In this document: piece by piece, positions 50,213 to 64,000 of the stretch | Layout of the letters: every line of letters starts with the position of its first letter | How positions within the stretch are numbered: the first letter of the stretch is position 1 | NCBI GenBank assembly: GCA_973895155.1 | Contig: OZ316896.1 | Coordinates: 806,001-870,000, forward strand | Direction: 5' to 3' | Origin: Marsupella aquatica | Lineage: Eukaryota > Plantae > Marchantiophyta | Length of the DNA: 64,000 bases | Made by a program: the position numbers and the translations under genes | Notes under the pieces: model-generated | Database searches by the model: none | What the model was told of the DNA's origin: nothing | The model's input: the letters and a program-made list of their open reading frames with translations, nothing else

Positions 50213-52161
50213 AAAACAGTCGCCCCTCAGATCGTCCGTTTCTAGTCGCACATAATTTTGCTTTTAGAGTTTCATTCATCTCATCTGTAAAACCGATGAA
50301 AGTGTCGATCGCCACCGAGAAACGTCATTACACCACTAACATAATACGATACTGTGCTTTTCAGATAAAGGAACTCAAATACTGTCAATGTAAGGACGCC
50401 TACCTGGCTACTGTGAATCTCATCGCAACCCGAGAATCTTCGCCGGCGGCCGACCGGCAGAGTTAATTATATTATCTAAATTTTCATTCTTAATAAAATC
50501 GTGATCTCAGCCGTTGATAGAAAGGACGGACGGATTAGATTGAATTAAAATAATGAAACCCATGAACATACTTTTAACTACGGTCTCGCCGGCGGAGTCT
50601 TGTCAGGTGGAGTCAAAGTCAAATTCCCGACTAGGGTTCGTTTTACGTCTGAGAAGTCTTAAAAGACAGAGTGGAGTTTCTTTCACGAGACAGAGCGAAT
50701 GCTTTCGATTTCGATCGCATCGATTGGATTTCGGTTCGGTCTTTCCTCTTCATCGATGATTGTTCATGGAGAGGCAATTCGGAGCCCATAGATCAGTTTG
50801 TTTCTGATTTCTTCTGCTCTCCATCCCGATTTCTCTCCGTCTTCTTAGACCTTCGAAGACTGAAAGCACTTTTTTTGGTTGGACAGAGCTCGAGCTTCGC
50901 GGTTGGTTTCGTTCTTCTAAGATTGATGACGATTTATGGAGAAGCGTCTCGGAGCTGGTAGATCGATTGAGTAGGTTGTTTCTGCGCTCTGGTTGGACAC
51001 TGGCTGCAGGCGAAGGAAAAGGAGCTGGTAGTGCGATCCATCCGTGGAGCGTTTGAGATAGTTCGCTAAGCTTTGGATCAGCGTGGGAGCTTCAGTCTCT
51101 GCTTCCTCTTCGCCGTGGTCTTCGGCGGAGGGATAGGGGGATAGAGAGACGGTGAGTGCTCTTGAAAATGTCCTTCTCGCAAGTGTTTGTTCTCTTGGAG
51201 GGTATGGGACTAGACCGCGTGTGGATTGTGGCGTTTCCGAGGCTCTGTCTGTCGGACGAATGTGTTGATTGTGAAGTTGGTATCGGAGGTGGCAGTCCAG
51301 TTGAATTTTGTGGACGAGTACATTTACGTGTTTAGTCGTCTTCTGTGTGATTATGAGCTCGTGGACGCCAAGCAGGTGTTGTATGGAGGCAGGCAGGCAG
51401 GCAGATGAAGTCCCGGCACTGAAATTGTTTGTGTCTCGAATTTCGAAAGCTTGTGGGTTCGAATATCCGGTTGAGGAGACTTTCAGCATACTGTTGAGTG
51501 GATGAGGCCCGAGCGTGGATTGGTCTTGTTATGAAGCTTATTTTTTAATTTTGAGGTCTAGATTTCGAGAGCGGACAGGTTCAAATCTTCGGGATGCCTG
51601 TCGTGAGGGGATTTGGGGATCAGCCAGTCGGGCTTCGAATCAGGTGATGGGGAGCGGAATGGGGTGCTTCATGGTAGAAGATGGGGAGGGTTTAACGGCC
51701 GGCGATTGCGACTCAGTGGTCCATTGCTGCCGTTTGCCAGCGGATGAACCCTCTGCCTGCAGGGAACACTGTAAATCCTTTGCAGCCGCTCTTTTGCGAA
51801 AAGTTCGGCCCAGTCATACAAACCCTAGACTCCTGAGTTGATTGTTTTGGGCCACTGTGCATTCCCAGTCCGCCTGTTGTGGAGCGTACAAGAGATGAGC
51901 GAATGGGAGCGGTACTATTTCGAGAGTTGCACTTCTGCAAATGTGCAGGGAAGCATTGAACAGAGCATTTCCGTCATGATGTGCCAATATTCCGTCACCT
52001 GAAACTCCATTCGAGAAGAGGGTACGGGTGGACTTGGTTGGGAATTGCCTACAGATTAACGGGGAGCGTGACCCTTTGTCTTGAGTGTGTTTGAAGCTTT
52101 GACTCATGCATGTACGGGTCGTGGGTCTGATTCAGATTGTTGATATAGCGGTGAAGTCAAA

Positions 52162-55100
52162 ATGGTGTTCAAGGGCGGGTCTCTGAGTAAATTAAATGCC
52201 TTCCCAAGGGCAGAGGAGCATTTGATGCAGAAAACAACGACCGGGGCAGCTGGTAAGATATATCGGGGCTTTGGCCGATGGTCCTGTGCCTATTCTTTCT
52301 TCCATATATTGCAGCCCCTCCCTGCTAAACATTCTGTCATTGTGAATTCGACATGAAAAAAATTGAAGAACTCTTAATTGTACCTGTTAATGAGGTTAGC
52401 ACCTAACTGTTCCCATGGAAAAATCTTTGCAGTGACTATCATTGGAATGCTTTTAATGGTAACTCTGTTCTTTCATGAACTCCGATATCAATTAAGCATC
52501 AGGACAGTGCATCAGGTACTGAATTTGCGCACATCCTCTCTCAGGGAATGGCTCATGGGCATTGTGAAAATTGTTTAATATGTTCTTGCATATGTTGCTT
52601 AATAACGATTTCCCACGTTGTCTCTGTGATTTTCTCACAAACGTTTCTCCATAAATTCATTCAGGATTACTTTGGAAAAGCCGTTGTCGTTTTGTTTTCC
52701 TCGTCTCTTTGTAATTCCATTTTACATTTGCTGATTAATTGTCCTTTCTCGGCGGAAACTTCCAGATGTCTGTTGAGACCAGACGAGGGGAAAAGCTGCC
52801 CATTGCCATCAACATAACTTTCCCAGCCCTACCATGCAAAGGTGCATCCATGCAGCCTATTGTAGATGTGTTGGCCTGCTCAGTGTCCTTCTTCAGTCGC
52901 ATCTGTCGCTATCTCGCTCTTAACAGTTAAGTGGTTTGTGCGCAGTTCTCAGTTTGGACGCCATTGACATGTCAGGCAAGCATGAAGTTGACCTGGATAC
53001 CAATATCTGGAAAGTAAGTTTCACTTAATTTTGCTATTAGAATGGGGTTTGTAGTTTTCGAGAATGTACCTTTCAGGAAAGAATTTTCAGAAAAAAAAAG
53101 TGACGTGAATGTCAAGTTGGGTCTTTAGAAATGGATGTCACTCTATACTGTTATTGTAAGGATTTTGATCTGAATCACTTGTAATTGAAATTTGGGTGCA
53201 TGAATAATTTTTCAGAGATGTTTATATGATGACCTTAACACGGGTATCTGTGTGGTCTAAATGAGGATAAATCAGTAATACACCTAGATCTTGAGGTGTG
53301 TGAAGACCAGGGAATTATTTAGCATGGACACCATTTTCTCCCTACACAGCCCAACCTTTTCCGATGAATTTGCAGATCCGGATCAACAAGGATGGATACA
53401 TTATTGGATCTGAATTTATTTCAGATCTGGTAGAGGGTGAGCACAAGACTGAGGAGGAAAAAGATTTAGCTCATGGTATGATTCTCTGAAATTCTTTAAC
53501 TGGAAAGAAAGCAGATTGCGTTACGGTTCGTTTTTAGCAAGGGAAGGATAAGCGAACAAGGGATTCTCACGAATTGAACATGGTTGCTGTCGCTCAGTGA
53601 AGGTAGATGATTTTGGGCATCATCATGATGGCGACGATGAGCATGCGCATAATCATGGCCCCAGACCCATAGGGGATCCTGAGAAATTGATCAAGGAGAT
53701 CAAGACTGCTCTGGAGGAACGCGAAGGCTGTCGGGTAAGATATTCTGTGCAGCTACTTGATTTGTGTGAAGTTGACTCTTTGTGCTGTCACTTCCACCTT
53801 GTGGACCTTGTGGGTCATCTGTAGGTCATTTTGGATGGTTTCTGGCTGTTACAGAGCAGCCAACTTAAATCTATAATCGCAAGTTAATGAGCAAGTGCTT
53901 CATGTGGATTATGGAGGTTTTTAGGGAGATGAGATCAATTGAAACAGCACTCCGAGCTGGAGCTGGCCTTGGGGTCTCCATCTTGTAGCCTCGATGAGTC
54001 GTTTGATATCAGTTGTCTTTGCCAACTGAGCTGCACACGCCGTACTTTGATCATGTGGAAGTGTTTTTGTGCAGGTATTTGGTGTTCTAGATGTGGAGAG
54101 AGTAGCTGGAAATTTCCATGTTTCTATGCATGGTCTCAGTATTTTTGTAGCCCAACAGGTTTTCGTCAAACCCTATGACTACTAGCCTGCAATATATTGG
54201 GTTTTCCGGACACTCGGTCCCGTATCTTGAAAGATTGTCATGACGTGGATATGGTCACGTCACAGAGACCTAGTCAATTGCTCTGTGATGCCGGGCTTAG
54301 TTCCTATACGCTAGGATTTGGATCAGACATCTGGATGGCAGATTCACTTGGATTTGGATTTTATACCAACACAAAATCTGCAATTTCCCCTCGGTTGCAC
54401 ATTGAATGGTTGATCGTGATTACTTGCAAAGCATCCAACATACATTGGTTTGATGCAGATCTATGAGAGCGTGAATGACGTCAATGTGAGTCACGTCATC
54501 CATGATTTGTCCTTTGGGCCCAAGTATCCAGGGATCCACAATCCTCTCGACGGCACTGAACGCATCCTGCACGAAGAAAGTGGAACTTTCAAATATTTTA
54601 TAAAGGTGAGCTTTTTCCTTAGTTTAATGAAGTTTTGTGCACGCTGGAGATCGTTTGATGCACTGTGTGTGGCCTAGAATGATATCATCGGCTGAACAAT
54701 GAAGTGAAGCATTCGCTGGAATTTTGCATCCAGATTAGCAATTATTTTCGGCATCCTTTGTGCACGATTTAAATTGAAAGGCAATAAATGCGTCGTACTT
54801 ATCAGGGGTTATCCTTAAAAATATTTGCTTAATGATTTCTATTTGAAGGAGTGGCAAAGTTTTCTGCTGTTAGTTGGAATCAGAATTCGTTCAAGCCCCT
54901 TTCCCCCCAATCCACCCCCCCCCCCACGTTACCTCCCTTGATGTAATTGACATAAATGTTTGTATTCGTCTATTCTGAATCAAACGAGTAGAATTCCGTT
55001 TCCCAATAGTGCCACCCTGCAACCTGATCTACTTTGATGAATATATAATTGAACTAATCTGTGCTTTTATTTCCACTGAGTGACCTCTAAAACTTGACGG

Positions 55101-55927
55101 CATTTTGTTGACGTGTTTCTCACCTATGGAGCAGATTGTTCCGACGGAGTATCGTTTCCTCAATGGGATGGTTATGCCGACTAATCAGTTCTCTGTCACT
55201 GAGTACTTCATGTCATCAAAGCCCTTCGACCGCGCTTGGCCAGGTACGGTTTTTTACCTCACAGCATGTCTGTTTATTTGTTCTGAGCCAGAAGGTCCAC
55301 TCCATTACCGTCTTACCTTGTATCATGCTAATTGCTCTTCTATTGGATGCTGCAGCGGTATTTTTCGTATACGACCTTTCACCTATTAGTGTGACCATCA
55401 GGGAAGAGCGACATCACTTTGGGCACTTCCTGACACGCATTTGTGCTGTTATTGGTGGCACGTTTGCCGTTACAGGTACGTTACATCCCAAGGTGCACAA
55501 ATTGAACCATCGAAAAGGCTACTATTTCAAGAATACAATCCTCTACAATGAATGACCTATAAATAATTCTTTCAAGTGCAGTCCATTGAAGAGATGATGG
55601 TTGATGTTGCAGCTTAACCTGAGTACCTCCAATGCGATATTGATTGTATCTCCGTCGGACTTCAAATAGGAAATTTAATGCATCATTAACAGCAACGCAT
55701 CAGTCAGAAGCTAGGCCTTAGAGTCCACACGTTAATGAAAAGAAAAATAAACTGACTCACAAATGAGGAAGGATTTCACTTATATAGGTAATGTAGTCTA
55801 ATTTTCTACGTCTTTGTATGCTGACGCATACTATGGTGGGCCATCGACAGGGATGCTGGACCGCTGGATTTATGGATTGGTTGAACTTGTACTTTCCTCA
55901 CAAAATGGAAACCGTGTCATGAGATAA
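52162..55927 (+). CDS. ER-Golgi intermediate compartment protein (ERGIC3/Erv46-Erv41 family); exons 52162-52252, 52433-52515, 52766-52841, 52946-53013, 53376-53475, 53598-53734, 54075-54158, 54459-54605, 55135-55243, 55356-55475, 55851-55927
   Basis: LNAFPRAEEHLMQKT, INITFPALPC.VLSLDAIDMSG, EGCRVFGVLDVERVAGNFH, NVSHVIHDLSFGPKYPGIHNPLDG, FKYFIKIVPTEY, YDLSPISVTIREE and CAVIGGTFAVTGMLDRW. Confidence 0.95.
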
Positions 55928-56789
55928 GTTTTGGACGATGTTTCGTGAAAGCTCATTTGTAAATGTAATCTCTGGAAGCCCTATTCGGTATCCATTGGGG
56001 CATTCAATCACAAGAAAATGTAGAGGTCTAATGGACCGATGTTCTTGTCGACTGCCTTTGAGATTCTCAACTAGCCCTTAGGTTTTGCACCTAGTGTTTG
56101 GTAGTATTTAGGTAGTGCAACCTCCAAAGTAGTAGTCTACAACAGAATTGCTCGGGGACTTGTACAAATGTGAGGAAAATCAATTTGGAAGATGTACACC
56201 GCTTGGTTTTCTTCCAAAACAGTTTGCGTTTGAATATATGGGAAATCGAATTCTAGGAAAGAATGGAAAGCCTTCAAATTCCTACTAAAGCTGCCTTTCA
56301 TGAATTTCTTGTTTTCAAAGTTGATGTTGATTGAAATACCAGGGGGATAAAGATGCGTGACAAGGATAAGTTAAAGGGCCAAAGCTATTCGACATCTAAA
56401 CTTGTCATAAGCAGACTCTCTTACAGTAGCGTTAGGTGCCCTATCCCTTTTATGAAACTCTCTTGCCCGTATTTTTTGTCATTTGCCCGTATTTTTTGTC
56501 ACTTGCCCGTTTCGGAATCGTTCATTCTCTCTTTCGTGCACTCCATATGGGATAAGTGGGGCGATTTCGGCGTTAATACTGGCAGAGCTCAAATTTAGGA
56601 GCCAACGAAGCGAGGCTGGTGGAAAGCACACGTGTAGAACCGTCCTCGACGCATCTAACTTGTACATGATGGAAAACATGAGCTCCAGGAGTATTTATCC
56701 ATTAATCACGACCGGATGTGTTGGCCAGCTATCTCCACACATTTGAAGTGGATTCTGAACTGGTTCCATTATAATGGAATTCCATCATT

Positions 56790-57220
56790 CATGATTTCTC
56801 AAATGTTTATGCAAAAATCTGCTACAGTGGTTTACACTGAACGACAACTTTTCCGCCACAAGTGGAAAAGAGTCTCGACCATCCGAAAAGTGTCCTTTCA
56901 GGGAAACATATTGACGCTCTCAACAATCCTAAATCTCGGACCATGTAGTAAGGCTATTGCAAAATCACATGGCATCCCGTGGGACGCTAGGTTCTACATT
57001 GGTTTCATCTTGATTTCTCAAATCGTTGTTCCTAAAGATGTTACAGTGATTTAAAGTGAATGACGATATCTCCGCAAAAAGTGAAAAAGGGAGTCTCGGC
57101 CATCCGGAAAGTGTACTTTGATGGAAACATTTTGACGCTCTCAATAACCTAAGCTCTTGTAATTCTCAGCGATGCAATAAAGCTTAGCTAGGCTACTACA
57201 AAATCACATGGCATCCCATA
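56790..57220. repeat. Degenerate tandem duplication of about 220 bp downstream of the CDCA7-like gene
   Basis: TGATTTCTCAAAT...TACAGTG.TTTA...GAGTCTCG.CCATCCG.AAAGTGT.CTTT...GGAAACAT.TTGACGCTCTCAA...CAAAATCACATGGCATCCC occurs twice. Confidence 0.8.
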
Positions 57221-57461
57221 AAATGCCTGCAGGACCTCAATGAGAATCCTTTGGCGAGACAACTGTACTGCGCTTAATATGCACGGCAGTTTGGTTCAAA
57301 CCCATTGCAATGGATCTTTAGTGATGCGTAAATTCCAAAAGCCTTCCACCAAATCCACCCCACTTGTTCATGTGAAGGAATTCTAATATCTGGGCAACAA
57401 GTAACTCGGATTATGTTGCACCTCCTCAGATTTGATGATGAATTTTTGTCACAAGGTTCCT

Positions 57462-60265
57462 TCAACCTTCCTCGTATGATGGCTCAGGGGTCGATGTGGC
57501 ACGCCGAGTAAGAATTAAATAATGTGCAACGGACTTATATCCAAGAGCAATGACCTGAAGTTGCCACAAATTTCATGACATTCAGATCACAGTGCAGGCG
57601 ATGACAAGTACCAAACTGCCGACTACAGAATAATAAGATCCAGAGATAGAAATTGGCAACAGAACTACATGGTGACAGCTTACCTTTCTATAAAGGGTTC
57701 CTGTTGGACCCCAACCTCGTTTGGGCCTGCAGAAGCTACAATTACAAATACCTCGGCAAACTGGGCAGACCCACATCTTATTCTTAAAAGTTTCCAAGAC
57801 ATTTTCACCATACCTGGACCACAATCCAATTCAGCAGTTATCTTGGAGCCGACTCACTCTAATGAACAGAATAGCGCAGATTAGAATCTCATCGTGAGGA
57901 AATTGGATTTCGTCGCGTAAAAAGAGCAAGAAGTTTTGTAACCCTCAAGCTATACGCCACGAGGGTAGCCCATTGCCTAGAACACAAAACCGGTTGGGCT
58001 GAGCATATGCAAAAAGAGGCATAAATACACCTTCAGGACACTGAAGTGATACCTCATGAAGAGGCAGTCTCCGCAGAATTGACCTTGCAGCGCATTGCAA
58101 GAGCTGCAAGAGGTCCGACGACCCAAAGTTTTCTGCCTATCCAATCAGAACAGCCACCACATGCAAATGATTATGCTCAATACCAATCCGGCTTACTATT
58201 TAGAAAGTATCAAGCAAACTTAACTTTGTTTCTTCCATCATAGGATCCACCCATGCATGATGCAGATCAAGAGCCGTTAAAGGAAGCAAGCGACAGCATG
58301 AGTAAGGGTTTCATCATGAAGCCGCATACAAAGGAGACCGTACAACCAGTAATTTGCGAGGACACATTATTTCGTTCGTCATACAGTCACCTGGCAAGGA
58401 AACAAAGTTTTGTGCTTCATGTACGAAGAAAAGGACACAGGATGTGCTGAGGTTCTTACCTGCACTGATGACAAGTTTTCCCACGGGCCGAGTCGTAGAT
58501 ACGGGATCCCTTCTCATCAACACCATCTTTAAAGAGCTCCCATTCCTTCTCATAAGAACCCAACTTCTTTTCATCTTCTTCGGTGTAGATTTCAGGCTGT
58601 GACCCCTCCATGAAATTTATCCGGCTTTGTTTGTCCGGCTTGTCCGAATTGTCCAGCTGCTCTTTGTAGCTCACTGTGGTGGTGCCTTGCAGTCTGCACA
58701 TCCACTAGAAATTTCTCAAGAATGCATGACTAGGAGTGAGACGTCCATAAAGTGTAGGGGCACTGATCTGTTGGAATAATTCAGCCTGGATAAAAACCAT
58801 AAAATGAACGTTGCAGAGAAGCTTGCGGAGGAGACCAACGAGTTACGAAGAATCTCGGTAGCATTTTGCTATAAACCCGATGCTTAGTTGACTCAGAGTG
58901 ACCCTAGTTATTTTCTAGCGTACCGTACCGTAATTACTCCCGGAGACACAGGTGATCCACTGAGATCCAATGCATACTTGTCACAAGCCGATCATAAATA
59001 TCCAGGACAACTCAAAAAATAGCAGGCATGGATTGCTTCTGACAGAACAAGCTAGCAGTTCCTTCCTGCTTGTCACTGCTGGGATCAACAAGCACTCAAC
59101 AAACAGGCCTTTGGTGACAAACCCGAAATGTACATTAACAGAAGAAAAACCAGGAGGAAATGATGGAGACAACGACCATTTTCGGACGCGTCTGAAGGCT
59201 ATGCGCAGACGAGGTGCATGCTGAAACACCTTGTTTCAGCATGCTACCTCGTCTCTCTCAGAAGAATTCACAGTAAAGACACTCGCGTTTAACTCTGTGA
59301 CACTCATAGACTAACATTTCATAGAATTTGGTATAAAGGACACTTTCATTTGCCAAAGATATCATAGATGTCACAAGAATGTAGAAGCCGACTCGGAGAA
59401 AGGAAGATGTAGGTATCGAAAATCGTCAGAAGAATCTGAAAGCAGCCATATTTACATACAATTGGAACTCACATTTGATGACAATCACAGCTCGTGACAC
59501 TAACATTTCGACTTTGTTTTGACACTGGCGAGACTGTCATCAGGGAAACTCGAATTTGAAGTACTTTAACACTGGTAAGAATCAACCCACCAAACTGAAA
59601 TTGTACTGAGGTCGACAGCAGGATAATCAGAAAGCATGCTGGAATGTCCTGGCTGTAAAATCTAAAAGACCCTCACGGCGCTCTACTCTAATTTCCACTG
59701 GAAAGGCACATGACATTGATCACTCTTCCACAGATATCAATCCCATTTGACTCAGTATGCAATGACAGTCAAGCTCACACCCAAATGATACTCACGTTTC
59801 GCTCAGTTTTACAGTCATTACCCGCTCATTGGCCAAGCATTACCGCAGATTTCAAAAGGAAGCGAGGAAGATTGGTGGGAAGAGGATTTACAACAGATCG
59901 AACGACGAACGACAAGAGGGGACTGAAAGAAAATGAGCCCCCGGCAGCTCAATGGCAATGAGCACAATGATGACGTACCTGGAAGAGCGACGACGAGGAG
60001 CTGGGGGTTCTAGAGGGCCATGGGCGATCCTGGAAGAGCGACGAAGGGGATCGGAGGGGTCCGGGCTATCGTTCAACTTCTGTCTCTTCACACGGGAAGC
60101 TTTGGTGGGAGTCCTAGTTGGGAAGAGATTGGACACGTCGTCAAGCAGCCCCAGCTCCAGCATCCGCTGCCTGTTCTCCTCCAGCATGGCATTCCTTTTT
60201 GCCTCATACGAATTCTCCTCTACTTTCTGCCCCCCTGCCCCAGCTCCCCTTTTCTTACCCCCCAT
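57462..60265 (-). CDS. CDCA7: CDCA7-like zf-4CXXC_R1 protein; exons 60265-59979, 58693-58460, 58136-58053, 57813-57684, 57554-57462
   Basis: N-terminal SYEAKRNAMLEENRQRMLELGL helix; RIYDSARGKTCHQCRQKT...C..C...GQFCGDCLFMRYGENV...WVCPVCRGICNCSFCR.KRGWGPTG.LY...LGYKSVAHYL. Confidence 0.93.
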
Positions 60266-60711
60266 TTCTGTCTGTCTGTGTCTCTCTCGCTCTCGCTCTC
60301 GCTCTCTTTTTCTCACACAATTCTTCACCCACAATTCTTCGTCACCTCCTTTCCCTCCAATGCCGAATTCAAATGAAACGGAGCTCACTGAAGAAGACGG
60401 TGAGCTGGAAAACGAGCGAGCAAACTGGATCCATGACTGAAATTGAGAGGAGAGAATTCGGGACGAGATGATCGTGCACAATGGGGACGGGATGGCGGAG
60501 GCCGCTCATCACAATTAGCGTTGTAAGTTTATGGATCGATTCAAGGCCAAGCCAAGCCAGCCCGCCCGCCTTTCCGTTCCTTTCGCACAGCTTGAATTGC
60601 GCTGCTCTCGCGCGCTCTTTCCCAAAACAACCGGAACATGGGTTTGGCCACATCGGGTTAAAGCTCGGTTTTGCTGGCAAGGGTTTTTGCACTTATTAAT
60701 AATGCTACTGT

Positions 60712-61037
60712 AGGTATTTGCTTGATGGACCCCCAAACCATACTTTTCTCCCCAACCGACCCCAAGAGGTGTTCTTGCACTTATTCATGCCAGGTATTTG
60801 CTTGATGGACCCACAAACCATACTTTTCTCCGCAACCGATGCCAGGTATTTGCTTCATGGACCCCCAAACCATACTTGTCTCCCCAACCGACCCCAAGAG
60901 GTTTTGGGTACGGTGGTTTAAGGTCTGTGAAGGTCTATCCATTAAAAACATCTATCAAGGTCTATCAGCAAATTGGATCCCTCAGGCGTCCCATTATTTA
61001 ACAGTTTTTATTTTGGGGGTCCATTGAGCATATACGT
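60712..61037. mobile_element. MITE-like element with about 25-bp TIRs and a triplicated left end
   Basis: AGGTATTTGCTT(G/C)ATGGACCC(C/A)CAAACCATAC at about 60712, 60792 and 60844. Inverted TTTGGGGGTCCATTGAGCATATAC lies at about 61012-61035. Confidence 0.65.
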
Positions 61038-61299
61038 CACTTAGACAAGCCTTGTGTTCAATGGATTCCAAGGAAAAGTTTTGCAACCAAACAAGTTTGA
61101 ACTCAAGTTGTTGACATTTGGCAGCCCATATGGCGGGCTGGCACACCTACATTAGTTTGGGTTGGCTTATTTAGGCCTGCATTTGGGTCCTATGATTTTC
61201 CGGATTCTGTCCCCTACCCCGTAAACCCCGGGAGATGCTCGTAATGCCCTTAGTGGTCTCTCACTTTGTATTTTTGAGGGCATTTCCCAACACCCTGGA

Positions 61300-64000
61300 G
61301 CCACACTTTCCACCTTGGCTGCTATCTTTGGGCAAACTGTGTACTGTGTACCAATCACAATGCATCAAACTAGATTTGGGACAGTCACATGCCCATGTCA
61401 TATGGTAACACTTGACTCACCCATGGCTTCTATGGCTTCTCCTATTACAACTGGATTTTGTAATTGTGATAATGTTTGGGAACTTACGACACTATATAAG
61501 CTAGTTGCCAAGTGGCTTTAAATTGGTTTTTTTTAATTACATAAGAAGGGATTTGACTACATGTCTTGGTGCCCATATATTGGTTTTGGGGGGAGATTAT
61601 TAAAATTCATTGACCTAGAACAATGCCCATGAAGAATATAAGTAGGCAACACTTGGTTTTGTGTGTAAAGCTTAAGACACTTGCATAGATTTTCAGAAAA
61701 GACAATGTTGATTTAATCCACTGTCTCCCCTCCTAACTGTACGTGTTCACCACTGTAACTTGAATGTCAGCCCCCTATCAACCAGTAAATCTCATATGGA
61801 ACCAAGGTTACCAGTGGGTAATAATTTCTACTCCATGAGGGTATTCTCACAATCTTGTGCCCGGAAATTTATAGCCTTTCAACCTTTTTCAGAGCCACCA
61901 CCCCAATGCACTCCTTTGTGCCCAGCATATGAAAAGAATTAAGCTGAAAACCCATGTCTAGGTGGGGGTTCTTGTCATAACTCTGCTACTGGAATGTTGG
62001 AAAAGGCTTCCCATCTGCTGCTGGTCAGCTTGTTCTCACATTCCCACTCACATTCTTGACATAGGGTTGCAGCTCAGTAATGCCCCCACCGACATGCAGA
62101 CCCCAACTATCCTACATGAATTATCCCACACAGCCAATCAGCTTGCTCTCACACTCTGGACATAGGTTTATACCTTAGTAACCTTCCACCCAGACCTTAA
62201 TCATCCTATAAATCAGTTATGAATCCCATATCCCCACCGGACCCAAGAGTTCCCTCCCTGTACGCACTCCAATGAAGTGTATAAGGCCTCCCATATGCCT
62301 CCTTGCATACATGGGTTGACATACGGCCAACCTTAATATGCAGGAATGGTCCATCTCAGGACCAATCTTTTGTACATTTTTGGGGCCCTTTCGCAGGCAA
62401 GATGTGGTGCCATTAGTGTGGGTTAGATCTAAGTCCAGGTCTAATACCCAGTTTTCTTGGGCCTTGTACACTGCCCCTACCAATCCCCGTTGTGTGCGGC
62501 GTGCTTTGGCCCAATTGACTTTGGTTTATCTTCTGGCATTGACCTTGGGTTTGTTTGGCCGCTCCCACTCCATCAACAGAAACTTCAACCATGGTACCAC
62601 ATGCAATGTGAAAGGGTGAACTCAAACCACAGCTGCCCTTCAAAAGCTACGGGTTACCTGTAGTTACCATTTAAAGGAGATTTTTCCTGAAATTGTGGAG
62701 CAAACTGGCATGCTAGAGGATAACAGTGATTGGAATGTGCAAAAAAGGGGAGGTCTTGGACACTTCCCCTTCTATAGGGCAAGTTGTGGTTTCATCCTTA
62801 CAAATTGACAAAAACTTAAACTTTAGAGTTTCACTAACACAGCAACAATTGCAACTCATGCTGGGGAACCATGAGTTAGCCATAACCGGGGCCATAACAT
62901 ATTAAGCCAACTGGAATTTCTCTTAGGCAAAGTATTGGGCTTTGCTTGAACACTTACACTCTATAAGCCAAGTACTTGTGGCTGCTTGGATCCATCCAAC
63001 TTGAAATGAGGTAGGGTTCAGCCACACCATTCTTGTTCTTTGCATTTGGTTGGTGCCTGTTGCGAGGTACTTAACTCAGACAATAATAAGTGAGACTATA
63101 TTATTGCCTCTGTTTTGTACTCTTATGAGTGTTTGGCTTCTTTCAATATCACGCTTACCTTGATAGTCTTGGGTGATGATCTGTCAAATGCTCCTTCCTT
63201 GTGGACTCTTTGTTGCTCTTCTGGCAACACTTCTTTCCAGCAAACTCATGGTTGCTTTGCTAACAAAGTCCAAGTGTTGAATTGCAAGCAAAGCTTGATA
63301 CTTTGGTTAAGAGCCACGGTGGATGGAGTCTTGGTTTATGTTCTTACAAACTCATGGTTCCCCTCTCTTTGGGGGTCTCACTTCCACAAAAACGACACAT
63401 TACTTGCCACGAGACACATGGTCATTTTATTTGTTCTAAAGGGAAGACTTAATTATTTTTTTGTGAAAGATCACTATCATCTGCCTCTCAACACAACGTC
63501 ATTGCAATGTGTTTGAAAATGGAAAAAGGTTGGCCTTCCTAAGAGGAAGTATTTTCAACTTGAACACAACACCACTCTAACACATTGGTTGGGCACTGTG
63601 TTTGAGTTGGGCATTGTGTTTGAGTTGGACCCCAAACTGTTTGACATTTGGCTCACAAGGACAGTGCAAACACATCAATGAGATGACAACAACTCCATAC
63701 TCCATACATATATAGCATTTCTGTTTACACCCTAATATCATCACAATGCCAAATTCAAACAATGCCCAAACTTGAACACAACAACATGTATATACAAAAA
63801 CCAAGCAGAGAGTGAAAACTTGAATACAACACCCCAGGTGCACTAGTCAAATATGACTATATGGCATTGTGTTCGGGGGAAGACAACAACATCTTAAGAT
63901 ATGGGTTTGAACCAACAATATCTCAATTTAATTGAGGTTAAAAGCTACCCATTTTTTTCTTATGTTTTGGAGTGTTCAAGCCTTGGAAAGGTTACACGTG
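61300..64000. mobile_element. Probable heavily decayed TE-derived DNA, family not identified
   Basis: Marked scarcity of CpG with abundant CA/TG, and no coherent exons or recognisable motifs. Confidence 0.35.

Noticed and set aside
50917-51841. ORFs of 100-190 aa upstream of the ERGIC gene
   Set aside because: They lie in the probable 5'UTR or first intron, with no domain similarity.
53610-53660. His-rich patch (GHHHDGDDEHAHNHG) in the ERGIC protein
   Set aside because: From recall, similar His/Asp-rich loops occur in plant homologues, so it is not considered novel.
40456-60265. Functional chromatin gene cluster (DDW1-like plus CDCA7)
   Set aside because: Separated by two unrelated housekeeping genes; co-location is probably chance.
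1-64000. tRNA, rRNA or snRNA genes
   Set aside because: No cloverleaf or T-loop context or rRNA-like sequence was recognised by eye; tRNAscan-SE or Infernal would be needed to exclude small RNAs.

Overview
Eukaryotic nuclear DNA from an early-diverging land plant, most likely a bryophyte that performs organellar RNA editing (inferred from the intron-rich genes and a PLS-class PPR-DYW gene). Eight host genes can be read across their splice junctions: a plastid TVP38/TMEM64-family gene (-, partial), a 2-Cys peroxiredoxin, an eIF4B-related protein, a PPR-DYW editing factor, a WAC-DDT-WHIM ISWI subunit, a small C1orf52/UPF0690-like protein, an ERGIC/Erv46-family protein and a CDCA7-like zinc finger. 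Two repeat-rich blocks (about 15.6-21 kb and 27.5-39.2 kb) share a duplicated module carrying a very divergent LOB-domain gene. The second block also holds a complete 4.2-kb Harbinger/PHIS-type transposon with AAT target duplications, confirmed by an empty paralogous site in the window. It further holds an inverted, methylation-decayed copy of an intron piece from the eIF4B-like gene, a 5'-truncated CRE-like RLE retrotransposon and a MITE; other MITEs lie elsewhere in the window. All calls come from manual reading and recalled family motifs; no searches were run.
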